The notes under the pieces are model-generated. The model was not told the origin of the DNA and did not search any database. It saw only the letters and a list, made by a program, of their open reading frames with translations. Of a stretch of DNA of 64,000 nucleotides, positions 50,601-60,900 are shown piece after piece (the first letter of the stretch is position 1; each line of letters opens with the position of its first letter). Origin of the DNA: Podarcis vaucheri (taxonomy: Eukaryota); NCBI GenBank assembly GCA_965113315.1, contig OZ220368.1; one strand, given 5' to 3'. Made by a program: the position numbers and the translations under genes.

Positions 50601-53600
50601 CTCTTCTGGCAGTGAGATCTTGGCAGCATAGCATGACATCAAAAAACCTGTTTGATTTTTCAAAAAAGATAACAATGTATAATACTTGACTATCTCAATT
50701 TTGGTTTGATTTGTTTGGATACCACCTGATTGGATATCAAAATGTAATTTGTGCTTTTGTACCCCTGATAGGTAGTGTGTGGTTTTTTCCTATATTGAAA
50801 CAGAAGAAAAAGGTCAAACATAACAATATTTAATTATCTAGCAAGTTTAGGCAAAAGATCATCACTTCTGCCCCCTTACTAGAAGGTGCATGATTTCATT
50901 CTGGACTATTCAATGTTGGATGCTGCTTACCATTGAACAACAGGCAGCAGGATTCTCAGTGAATTTTCTTCAAACTGCTGGGGTCTTACCCAATCCTATC
51001 AGGTGATGCCAGAGGACAAGCCTAGGACCTTCTGCATGCGGGACTGAACTGAATTCAGCTTCACTCACTTCATTTCAAAGTTTGGTTCACTTTTTCGCAT
51101 CGGTTTGTGATTTTTATTTTTATTTTAGTTCTCATGAAAATTCACCATCCCAATATACACATTTTTGCAAAGCTATTATTGTTGTTTCTGCTGTTGTTGT
51201 TACTCTAGTATATGCCATTCTGCACATTATGTGACTGGAGACCTGCACTACAAAATTCAGTGAATAGCAAATGTCAGTGGATGCCTGTGTTTCAGTTCTC
51301 ATGCTGTTTCTGAAAGGTGAGAGCTCTTTGTTCCTTTCATACTAAAGGCTTACAGGTCCATTATTCTAGATTATTCTGACTTCATTGGAAAGAGTGATAG
51401 CTTTTGCTTTGTTGCAGAAAATCCCAAGTTGGATCCTGGGCATAGACCTGGGGAAATCACAGAGGGTTGCTACCAGTTCAGTGTTGAGATAGATGTGCCA
51501 GTGGGATAAGGCAGCTTCCTATGTTATTATGATGAACAGCTTTGTACAGGCAAAAGAAAGACAAATGATTTAAGCAGTTTCAGAGGTTTCTCAAAATGTC
51601 CACCTATTTGTGCCTAGCCTATCTGGTAAAAAAAGAAATAGATTTATAGAAAATATACAGGGAGGCCCGTTAATGTATTTGTGGTAAGTCTGTTAGCGTT
51701 CCTATACCTGGTCCAAGAGCAACGACACCAGAGCACTCCATGGCCCAATGGCCATCTTCCACTTGCAGGCCAGAGAAGAATTTAATCGCTTTCTGGACTG
51801 CTTCCTGGGCCGTATGGGCTTTGGGCAAGTCTGGAAAGAACTTACTCTGTAAAACAAAATGGGGGAAATAAGAGAAATGTACAGAAATTAAAAAGGCTGG
51901 CTACAGTACAAAGTATGCATAGTGTTAAATGTCCTGCTACATATAATGCAACTGTTGGGTCATTTAAAAATAAATATAGCAGAGAAAGGTGGTCAGGATA
52001 GGGACCATGGCAGATGGGGAAGTGTCATTTAATACTTCCCCTCTTAGCAGTAGTCTCAATGAAATCCCCCCGCCCCTCGCCAGCTGCTATTTGTATGTGC
52101 CTGGAGACACCAGCAGGCGGGGAAAGGCAAAACTCCTTCCTTCCCACCCAACACAATCCCCATCCCGACTGGGTCCTCATGTAGTTGAACAACAGTCATG
52201 TTAAATACAAAAAGTTGTTTAATGTAATTTATGGTTGGCTCCTGAGAGACCATTCCAAAATAAAGTTTTACAACCACACCGCAATTCCGCAAGTGAAATC
52301 AACATCTGCAAACATCTCACAATGCTTCACATCAGTGGGAGATCACAGCTGTTCAGAAATCCAGGAGTCTTTCTCTAAACAAACTGCATAGAGGGTGCAT
52401 GTGCCTCAGTATTTTCACACACACAAAGTCCCTCATGCAAATGCATCATATGTGCATCATGGAAATGATTATCAGTATACTGGAGAATAATCATTGAGAG
52501 CAAGAAAGTGGCTTTCTAGAGAACATCTCTGAGCTCTTAGATCAGAGAACCATAGAATATAAGGGACCAGAAGATCATGTAGCCCAATTCCCTCTCCACA
52601 AGTAAGAACCCTACACTGACTCTGGCTTGCAGATGAACTCACTCAGCTTTCTAGGTATCAAGCACAGAGCAGCTACTTTGTAGAAAGTGATAACTAAGTT
52701 ATGTATTTCCTGTAGATTGTCATATTCATCTTGCAGGCTTGTCTTTTTTCAAGTAGGGTTTCATATTCAACCCTGACATTATCAAGTTGCAGTTGTAGAG
52801 CACCAAGTGGCAGGCGGTTGGGGGAGATGACCCTCATGATCCCTTCCACAGTTCTATGATTGCAATAACCAAGCTTCCTGTGCTCCTAACTGAGGTGTCA
52901 GAAGATGAGAAGCCAAAAGAAAAATGACCCAGCCCTTGGGAAACTGCTGCTAGGCAGGGCCAAGCCAGCAGTCCTCATGCCCTGGGCTCCTTTTGTAGCC
53001 TTTCCGTGTTGTACCATCTGTTATCATTAAGCCACTTACAATGTCCAGCCCTAAAGTGTAAGCCTCGAGTGCATTCTGTTCACGGACACATTCTTCACTG
53101 TCTGCCACGTAGTACCATCTATGCCGCCCTTCCACGGAGCTGAATCGCCAGCGTGTAAGGTCAGTTTTGGGTTCTATTTCATGTGCACCTTTTCTTCTGC
53201 GCAGACATCTACCAAAGAACACCGGGGGGGGGGAGAGTTTGAAACATGCAGGCAGATTTTCAGTTATTCTACCACAGGAAGTTATTCTGAACCCCTTTCT
53301 GTGGTCCTTCCAGCCAGAAGTGAGGGACAGACTTGTCTATTCATTTCAGTGGGTCTATTCATGACTAATTTGTCCACTGGTTTCAGTGAATCTACTCTGA
53401 GTATGGCGTATTCATATACCACCCATAGATCTTTTGCTTTTTCTAACTAGCTCATTATGGAAACACTTCCTATTCTCTACAACCATATTTTTGTCCCAGT
53501 TGTTCAGAGCAGAAAGCGGTTGACAGGGATGGCTTATGAGTTTCTTTTATATCCTGCTTCATTCCAATGACAGAGCTCATTTTAGGGTTCTTAAGTATGG

Positions 53601-54510
53601 AAGTCCAAGACTGATCAACAGGACTTATTCTCAGATAATTTGGCATAGGACCACAGCTTTAATTCCCAATCTGTCCAAATATGTTCATTTCCCCAAGTCT
53701 GCTCCTAAAACTGCCCCCCCCCATCTTCTCTTAGTTATTTTACAATATCTCTTCTAACTTGGAAATGATGAATTTTCACGTGTCTGTCTTTCACATTATC
53801 TCTTTGGTGGAATCTCTTGCATACCTTTCCTGGAGAAAAGCCCCAGTGAAACAGTGGTACTTACTTCTGAGTAAGCATGCATAGGATTGTCCTAGTAGAC
53901 TATTCCATGTTTAAAATTTGGGGGTGATTTTCTCGTAATTGGCCTATTATAGGCCTCCACTAATTGAACTGTTTTAGACATCAATAATTGACAAATAATA
54001 AGGACCACTGATTCAGTTCCAAAGAGAGTTAATATGTATGTACTGTGCTGCACTCTGCTTTAGTAATTAATTTATATGCAGCCAGATATTTTGCCCATCT
54101 TCTAGTTATTCCCATCATTTATCAAATTGGGTTTGCTAAGTTTAACATCATCAACACATCTAGTTTCATGTCATTTCTCAACTGCAAATCTTTTTCTTCA
54201 AAGTTATTATAACCAATGAAACTTCTTTACACCAATTTTCATTTCTGTTCCTAATCACAATACAAAACTTCTGTTCTATTTTCCACAGTATTTCTGAATG
54301 AAGAAAAGCCAAAATGCTGCCTTTTTATTCCTTAATACATCAGGTTAATTGCCCTTCCCATCTTATTTCTGTGAACTTCTCCTGTAATAAAGCTTGCTTA
54401 ATCAATATGAATTAAGTCAAGCAACTGGCACACTTTGTTATTTTATTTAACCATCATCCTAATTCAAAGCATATAGATTGCACACAATGTACTTACGTCC
54501 CATCAGACAT
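29656..54510 (-). CDS. Divergent 2,3-oxidosqualene cyclase / lanosterol synthase-like protein (copy A), 22 exons, 748 aa, open frame
   Basis: Exons in transcription order: 54497-54510, 53040-53208, 51708-51846, 50539-50647, 48827-48948, 45394-45490, 43991-44126, 42972-43080, 42169-42287, 41794-41891, 41223-41250, 40411-40464, 39959-40030, 38925-38975, 38527-38676, 37408-37504, 36337-36442, 35527-35592, 33334-33414, 32608-32778, 30747-30825, 29656-29835. Total 2247 nt, all phases compatible, no internal stop. Contains DCTAE ([10 protein letters not shown]), [23 protein letters not shown] and QW repeats (QVEDGHW, QLPDGGW, QKADGSW, QMEDGGW). Symbol withheld because it looks like an LSS paralogue, not the orthologue. 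Confidence 0.93.
31236..32020 (+). mobile_element. Probable solo LTR
   Basis: Begins TGTTG, GC-richer than its flanks, AATAAA at 31922; 3' terminus decayed and TSD not clear. Confidence 0.5.
32906..33120 (+). mobile_element. Sauria SINE, 5'-truncated, with 11-bp TSD
   Basis: Ends ggggtacctttaccttt; flanked by AAGGCCCACTA at 32895-32905 and 33121-33131. Confidence 0.85.
33560..33790. mobile_element. hAT-like non-autonomous element nested in a CR1 3' end
   Basis: gggtaggcaaact...agtttgctgacccctg termini with TCTAGTCC repeated on both sides. Confidence 0.65.
44839..44984. mobile_element. hAT-type MITE (same family as 9862-10007)
   Basis: CAGTGCT...AGCACTG termini; TSD CTTAAAAC/CTTAAAGC. Confidence 0.82.
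46115..47325 (+). mobile_element. L1/Tx1-clade LINE fragment (RT domain plus C-terminus, internally deleted)
   Basis: ORF 46148-46726 with [21 protein letters not shown] and AFADD RT motifs, followed by the CWKC..HMWCTC zinc-knuckle region. Confidence 0.9.
47328..47496. mobile_element. Tc2/pogo-like MITE
   Basis: TA-CCGTATTTTT...AAAAATACGG-TA. Confidence 0.8.
47598..47757. other. Assembly gap (160 N) in intron 5 of OSC-like copy A
   Basis: Run of N. Confidence 1.
48139..48380. mobile_element. Tc1/mariner (Tigger-like) MITE
   Basis: TIRs CAGTGGTACCT / AGGTACCACTG, TA target duplication, internal cttcaggtta repeats. Confidence 0.85.
48656..48704. repeat. (GGAA)n microsatellite
   Basis: Direct observation; unexpanded at the homologous copy B site (about 59135). 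Confidence 0.95.
49091..49332. mobile_element. Tc1/mariner (Tigger-like) MITE, second copy
   Basis: Near-identical to 48139-48380 and in the same orientation; TA TSD. Confidence 0.85.
49749..50263 (-). mobile_element. Solo LTR with 5-bp TSD
   Basis: TGTG...CACA termini with ATCAT on both sides; the empty site with a single ATCAT is present in copy B (about 60000); AATAAA on the minus strand. Confidence 0.8.
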
Positions 54511-54688
54511 CTTCTTGGGTTGATGAAACTGCCTCAGATTGTTCTGGTTATATTTTAGATGTTGCCAGACAGGCACGCAGGACACTGAATAGGACACTGA
54601 ACTCTTGGACTCTGGGCTGGAGTTCCTGCCTCTGAAGGTCCACAATTCCTAAAACATTCAGGCTCACATCCAGTAAAATACTTGAAGG

Positions 54689-54794
54689 TTATATAAAGAC
54701 TAACCTAACCAATCATAGCAAGAATAATTTTACAGGGTGGGATCAGGAGTGTTAATATAATCAGTGAAAGACACACCCACAATAACAAAGGTCA
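54689..54794 (-). promoter_or_regulatory. Putative TATA-containing promoter of OSC-like copy A
   Basis: TATATAA at 54689-54695, about 180 bp upstream of the ATG; CCAAT 54709-54713; CACCC/GT boxes at about 54735-54744 and 54773-54780; AAAGGTCA nuclear-receptor half-site at 54787-54794; region is CpG-poor. Motif matches only. Confidence 0.45.
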
Positions 54795-56539
54795 ATGTAT
54801 TACAGGGCTATCCTTCATGCATTGCACTGACGTTTTCTGGAGATAAAAATCTATCATGAGTAAAGTAACTTCCCCAAAGGATGTGTGCTGAAATTTCCTC
54901 AAAGCCAGACTCTTAGCTATGCTATCTGATCCTTCTACCCTAATGCCCTATGGATGCTAATACAGCATAACATGAAGATTTCCAAAAAATGAAGACAACA
55001 TCCACATATGGGAAGGAATCAAATTATATCATATGTAGAAATTGTGAAAGTGCCTCTTTTTCAGTGATGATGCTTTCTGCAAGCTGCCAAGCATCTGAGA
55101 TCTAGGAAAACCTGGTTGAGAGTGCAAAGGTAAAATAAAAATCTAGAAAATCTGGCCCAGGGGCAAATAAGAAGAACAGATAACTTTATCCTTTGCTCCA
55201 CTGCCACAGTGCTTTGCTGTTAAGAGCTTTTTTTGATGTCCGCAGTTGCATCAACCACCAAAGCATTTATAAATATCAGCTCACTAAAGAATCCACCCAA
55301 AGTTTTACAGTCTCAGATTAAGAGATGATTGAAAGATGAATGTATTAGGTTGATAGAACCGGTTTTATCTCCTTCATGCCAGAATGCTTTAATTCAGGGG
55401 TAAAGCCGAGCCGGTTGGTTTGCAATGTGTTGTATTCCCAGGATCAATCACTCTCAGAAATTCCATTGCCCCTGAGCTGTCAATACAGTCTAAACATTAC
55501 TCTTTTGAGGAATTAATCTTAGTCAAAGATCTACAGGGTTGAGTCACCATTTGAACATCACCGTCTATGCTGAGATCCTGCACTGTGCATCCATGAACAT
55601 AAGGAAAACCTACTAGGAATTATCTCTTGCTTTGAAATATTTGATTTCAGATTTCTGAATCACTATTTCCGCTGCACACATTCAATTCTGATGTAAATAA
55701 TCACTGATTTAGGTGTAGTCCTTTTCGTTTCTGTATACGCTATACTGACTAAATAATCTAGGCTTGGCTTTGGCTTTTATTTCATTGTAACCACTGTAGC
55801 ACAGGGAATTCATAAAAGAGTTTTTTATACTGTGTTGTTCTGAGCGTATCAGGGCCAAAACAGAAGTCAAAGAGATGCCAAAGATGGGTGTATTGCTAGA
55901 TTGCTTCCACAAAGCGATTATATGCTTCTACAGCTGGCTAAATGTTTGACTATAGTCACTCATGTGAATCTGCTGTTTCAATTTATTGATTTCTTAATTT
56001 CCCCATTTTCTTCACATGCCATTCTGTTGTAATTGTTCACTTGAGGATTCTTCCACAGAGCCAACTCTTCATGGAAGAATGGGGCTGCATGTTCCTTATG
56101 ATGTGGAGGCAGCCCTATTCTTCCATGTAGAGTTGGCTGTGGAATAATCCTCAGTTGAACATTTAAAGCACATTTCCCTCTCCCAAAGGATCTTGGGAGA
56201 TGTTGTTTGTTAAGTGTTTCTAGGATTCTTTGGGAAGGATGTTCTGAATGTGTGGTGCGCATGTAGCCGAGGTGGAAAAGACAGAGAGCTACAAAGGGAA
56301 TCCAAATTCCTATCTCATTTGTCCTCACCATAACCTGGTGGTGTGGATTTAACTGAGAGGCACTGTCTAGCCAAAGTCATCCATGCAACTTTGGGTGAAT
56401 CTGCACTTGAATATGGCTCTCCCATGTTGAGACCCAACACTGTGTTCCTACTAATAAGAAAACTTTCTCTGAATTGGCTCTACCCTGATGTACTACTGTT
56501 CAGATAAACTGAAGAGTGCAGATAGACAAAACACCATGT

Positions 56540-56700
56540 TGCATCTGCACCAGCGAAGCCAGATATCTTTTCTGCAATAAAACATATCTCTCCCATATTG
56601 GTCTCTACAGCCATGGCAGGCACTATACCTCTCCAACAGTTTGACTTTACCCCCAATGGCGCACTCTTCCATCGTCTTTCAAGAAAGGTGAATGCCTTCA
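56540..56700 (+). mobile_element. Old RTE-clade LINE 3' end
   Basis: Decayed C-terminal zinc-finger peptide CNKTYLSHIGLYSHGRH followed by a short 3'UTR. Confidence 0.6.
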
Positions 56701-57144
56701 TATAACTTTAATCACTATGCTCCAATGCACAATCCTACCTCTTCAAATCTTTATAGTAGACTTAGCCTTTATACCCAAATCCCAGATGAATTCAATTGTC
56801 ACACTCCTACCCCTTTTTGCTCATGCATGTCACACAGCCTTTAGTCTAAAAACAAGGAAAACAAGAATTGCGTCCAAAGACCAGAACAGTTCTGTGAAGA
56901 ATTTGGAAAGCCAGGAGTTTTGTTGTTGTTCCTCATTTATCCAAAGCTATTGGCCATTCACTTGGGACATAGTGATTTCATACTATGTTATATAAGGCAG
57001 GATTTATTAGGAATATACATGCCTATTGCTCATTGGTTCATACTCCAAATCTTCAGGGGCTATTTATTACAGTATGTCAGTAATTACATTATGACACAGA
57101 CATTATTTCAAGCTATCTTGCTATACTCATATATAACATATCAT

Positions 57145-57183
57145 ATAGATAGATAGATACACACACACACACACACACACACA
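57145..57183. repeat. (GATA)n(CA)n microsatellite
   Basis: Direct observation. Confidence 0.9.
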
Positions 57184-58784
57184 ACGTAGTAGCAAACAAA
57201 AACAATACCCCAACACACACCACAGTTTAAAAGCCATTGATTGTTTAAGTACCCAAAGGTTAACCAGCAGCAAATTAACCTGAGCCTTGTCTTTGGGAAG
57301 GGGAATGACTGGTGAAGGGAGAAGCAATCAGGGAGAGTGGTACCCATGACAAGCTTTCAAAATTCAAAAGTGATTACAAGCCCCAAAATGTTGTCAACCC
57401 TTGATGTAAAATGAAGCACATTGGAACAAAAACAATAGCCCTAATGACTACACATAACTGAATTTGCCACACTTACCCTAGGATAGCCTGAGAATGCCCA
57501 CTCAGTGAAGGAAGGTCAATTTTGCTACCATCCACGACCTTCCCCCACCCCCATGTTGTTGCCCTGGGGAAACCACCCAGTGCTTAAGGAAGAAAGAAAC
57601 AGAAGGAACTAGTAAAACTTCCCCATATTACCAAAACCAACTCTATCCTACAGCTACCAGGCTTCCTCAATTTGAAGAAAAAAATCTCAGTGCTATTATG
57701 CCTGATCAGATAACGAAAAAACAAACCTGAAATATATGGCTGATCAGGTTTTGAAAAATGTATACTGTATTGTGCAAGTAACAGTGAAGCAAGCTTTGGA
57801 GAAGAATCGCCAGCATGGAGAACAACGGTGTTACAGACTTCAGTGGGAAAAGGTTTAGAACCAGAAAGTTGTTGACAACAGAGAGACAAGCAGCAAGCCA
57901 ACTGAAAGTATCAAATGGAGCTACTGAAAGAGGAAGATTTTTTACTTTGGTACACAGCCATATAAAAGGACTGCCAGTCCTTTAGTTATATGGATCCCAG
58001 ATCATGTAAAGCTTTAAAGATCACAGATAGCACCTAAATGGGCCCCAAAGCATAGTGATAGTCAGTGCAACAGATGCAAACAAGCTATATGTGAATGCAT
58101 AATAAAATAAATATCATCCTCTCTTCCTTTCCTTGTATGTGATGTCTTTTCTCCAGACAGGGACTAGCCTAACTGCTGATCTTTGAAAGTCATTCCAAGA
58201 GCTTCTCCTGTGCTGGGCTTCATTCAGGGTGGGGAGTATCCTGTCCTCCCAAATTATTGCCTAGCATGTGCAGCCTTCGCCACTGAATCCATATCTCTTG
58301 AATGTTGCATACCCTCTGTCATTCCTCCTCAAGCACACAAATTTAAGCTATATTTTGTGTTGCGCTGGGGGAGGGTCATGGCCAAGAACCACTCAGCGAA
58401 CAAAGCTTTTCTTAGATTTCTGTCAAATTTCCATTTTCCAATAAAGGATTTGAAGTGGTGTGAATACCTGCCAGGAAATTAAGTAAATGTGCCTCTTCGT
58501 CCTGTTCCTTTTGGAGCGTGTTTGCACATATCAAAGAGGTATCATTAGTATATCATTAGCCCTCACATTTCACCAGTCACTTCTTCATATAAGTAGTTAA
58601 CCACCAGCCATAAAATATAATAAAACTTAATGTGGCCATATATTGATACTTATATCCTTATAACCTGATTTTGGATATATACATTCATTCAACTTAATTG
58701 TAGCAACCTGAGGGTGTGTTCTTCCATTTAAAAGAAAATCACCACCATCACCCCATATTTTTCACTTAATGAAAAAGAGATATA

Positions 58785-59000
58785 CCGTATTTTTCGCTCC
58801 ACAAGACAGACCTGACCATAAGACACACCTAGTTTTTAGAGGAGGAAAACAAGAAAAAAAATATTCTGAACGAAACAGTGGATGTATGATTTTTGTGGTT
58901 CATGCTGTGGCCACAGACATGTGATTTGATGGTGAGTTTGGGGTGACCCAATGCAAAAATCCTGAGGATCCATGTGGATCCGTGCTTTGTAACCACATTT
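58785..59000. mobile_element. Truncated Tc2/pogo-like element at the copy B deletion junction
   Basis: Left TIR TA-CCGTATTTTTCGCTC as at 47328; no right TIR seen. Confidence 0.65.
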
Positions 59001-59568
59001 TTACAGCTCTGCCCTGTCACACCCTCGTTGCCTGGCCAAACCCCACACATTGGAGGGCAAATCTAGTAGCAGTTGCACAGCCTTCAACTATGCTCAGTGT
59101 ATTGTTTCTATGGAGATTTCAAAAAGGGCCCACAAAGGAAGGAAAGAAGGAAGAACAGAGAGGTGTTCCCGAATAACTGTACAACATCAGAACCCCCCAG
59201 CTTTTTCGGGCCCTGCTCTCCAGCATATGGATTGACCAAGCCCTGCCGGAGATTTCTGCCTTACCTTTCTTGTGGAGATTTATCTGAGCCCGCACTACAT
59301 CTGGATGGTCAGGCCCAAGTCCAAGGATTTGCATAGCTATATAGCTGAAGGTTGTGCCAAATACTGTTGACTGTTCTGTAAGATGGCTACCATAAAGAGA
59401 GATCAAAGAGCCATTAGAAAATAGACCAGTGGCTCCAGATGTCGAGAAATCTCTTTGAATTGTTTAGTTTCCATTCTTCTGATATATTACCTTAATGCAA
59501 ACTGCGAACCATTTTGTGGTTTGCTATTGGTTTGACAGGATACATTTGGATGATGCCAGCCTGGCTTC

Positions 59569-59899
59569 AGTATACCTGAAGGAGCGTCTCCACCCCCATC
59601 ATTCTGCCCGGACGCTGAGGTCCAGCGCCGAGGGCCTTCTGGCGGTTCCCTCATTGCGAGAAGCAAAGCTACAGGGAACCAGGCAGAGGGCCTTCTCGGT
59701 AGTGGCGCCCGCCCTGTGGAACACCCTTCCAGCAGATGTCAAGGCGATAAACAACTACCTGACATTCAGGAGACATCTTAAGGCAGCCCTGTTCAGGGAA
59801 GTTTTTAACGTGTGATATTTTATTGTATTTTTGGTTTTTATGGAAGCCGCCCAGAGTGGCTGGGGAGGCCCAGCCAGATGGGCGGGGTATAAATAATAA

Positions 59900-59929
<30 letters not shown>
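59569..59929 (+). mobile_element. L2-clade LINE 3' end with (ATT)n tail
   Basis: Peptide RTLRSS..LLAVP..RAFSVVAPALWNTLP..FRRHLKAALF; absent at the homologous site in copy A (about 49675). Confidence 0.85.
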
Positions 59930-59931
<2 letters not shown>

Positions 59932-60345
59932 CCAGACGATTTATCAATTTTAGTACTTCCTACAGATGGTGGTTTTCAAAGGCAATAGTGAAGTCCGATA
60001 TCATGTCTTCATTATTGCTGCCTATCTCCACCCCTCATGCCACAATTTTATTTTTCTCTGCCACAGCTTTACAGGCTGAGCCCAGCTTGCATTCTGGTCA
60101 TCTACCCTGCTGCCCAGTCCACATGGTGAGTATTGCAAATGAAAGGCTCACAGTCAAAAGACAGCAGAATGCAGAAGTGATTTAAAGAAGCCTTCATGGG
60201 GGAATTGCATCATGGACCAGCCCAAGACAAAGATATGCAGAATTAGAGCATCTCTCCCCAGGCCAGTCTAGAGAAGCTCCTTGGACTACTTACAGGCCCC
60301 AGCCACCATCTTGAAGCTGTTTTGAGAGGATATAGCACAGGAATT

Positions 60346-60900
60346 AATTAGACTAAATTAAAAGACGCCTGCTTCTTGGGAGAAAAGCAAAGACAAACCT
60401 AGATAACATCTTAAAAAGCAGAGACATCACCTTGCCGACATAGGTCCGTATAGTTAAAGCTATGGTTTTGCCAGTAGTGAGGTATGGAAGTGAGAGCTGG
60501 ACCATAAAGAAGGCTGATCGGCGAAGAATTGATGCTTTTGAATTATGGTGCTGGAGGAGACTCTTGAGAGTCCCATGGAATGCAAGAAGATCAAACCTAT
60601 CCATTCTGAAGGAAATCAGCCCTGAGTGCTCACTGGAAGGACAGATTGTGAAGCTGAGGCGCCAATACTTTGGCCACCTCATGAGAAGAGAAGACTCCCT
60701 GGAAAAGACCCTGATGTTGGGAAAGATGGAGGGCACAAGGAGAAGGGCACAACAGAGGACAAGATGGTTGGATAGTGTTCTTGGAGCTACCAGCATGAGT
60801 TTGATCAAACTGCGGGAGGTAGTCGAAGACAGAAGTGCCTGGCGTGCTCTGGTCCATGGGGTCACGAAGAGTCGGACACGACTAAACGACTAAACAACAA
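60346..60900 (+). mobile_element. Bov-B (RTE clade) LINE, 5'-truncated, inserted in exon 4 of copy B
   Basis: ORF 60462-60893 (YGSESWTIKKADRRRIDAFELWCWRRLLRVPW..WRALVHGVTKSRTRLND); (CAA) tail; target-site duplication AGCACAGGAATT 60334-60345 / AGCGCAGGAATT 60901-60912. Confidence 0.95.

Noticed and set aside
29656-54510. Naming copy A as the canonical LSS orthologue
   Set aside because: It is non-syntenic with human LSS, tandemly duplicated, and changed at many normally conserved active-site residues; not fully excluded without a phylogeny.
54800-58600. Hidden exons 6-22 of copy B or another gene
   Set aside because: I found no OSC-like peptides; an isolated donor-like site at about 57471-57476 has no supporting coding exon.
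60353-60865. 170-aa minus-strand ORF
   Set aside because: Antisense shadow of the Bov-B coding sequence.
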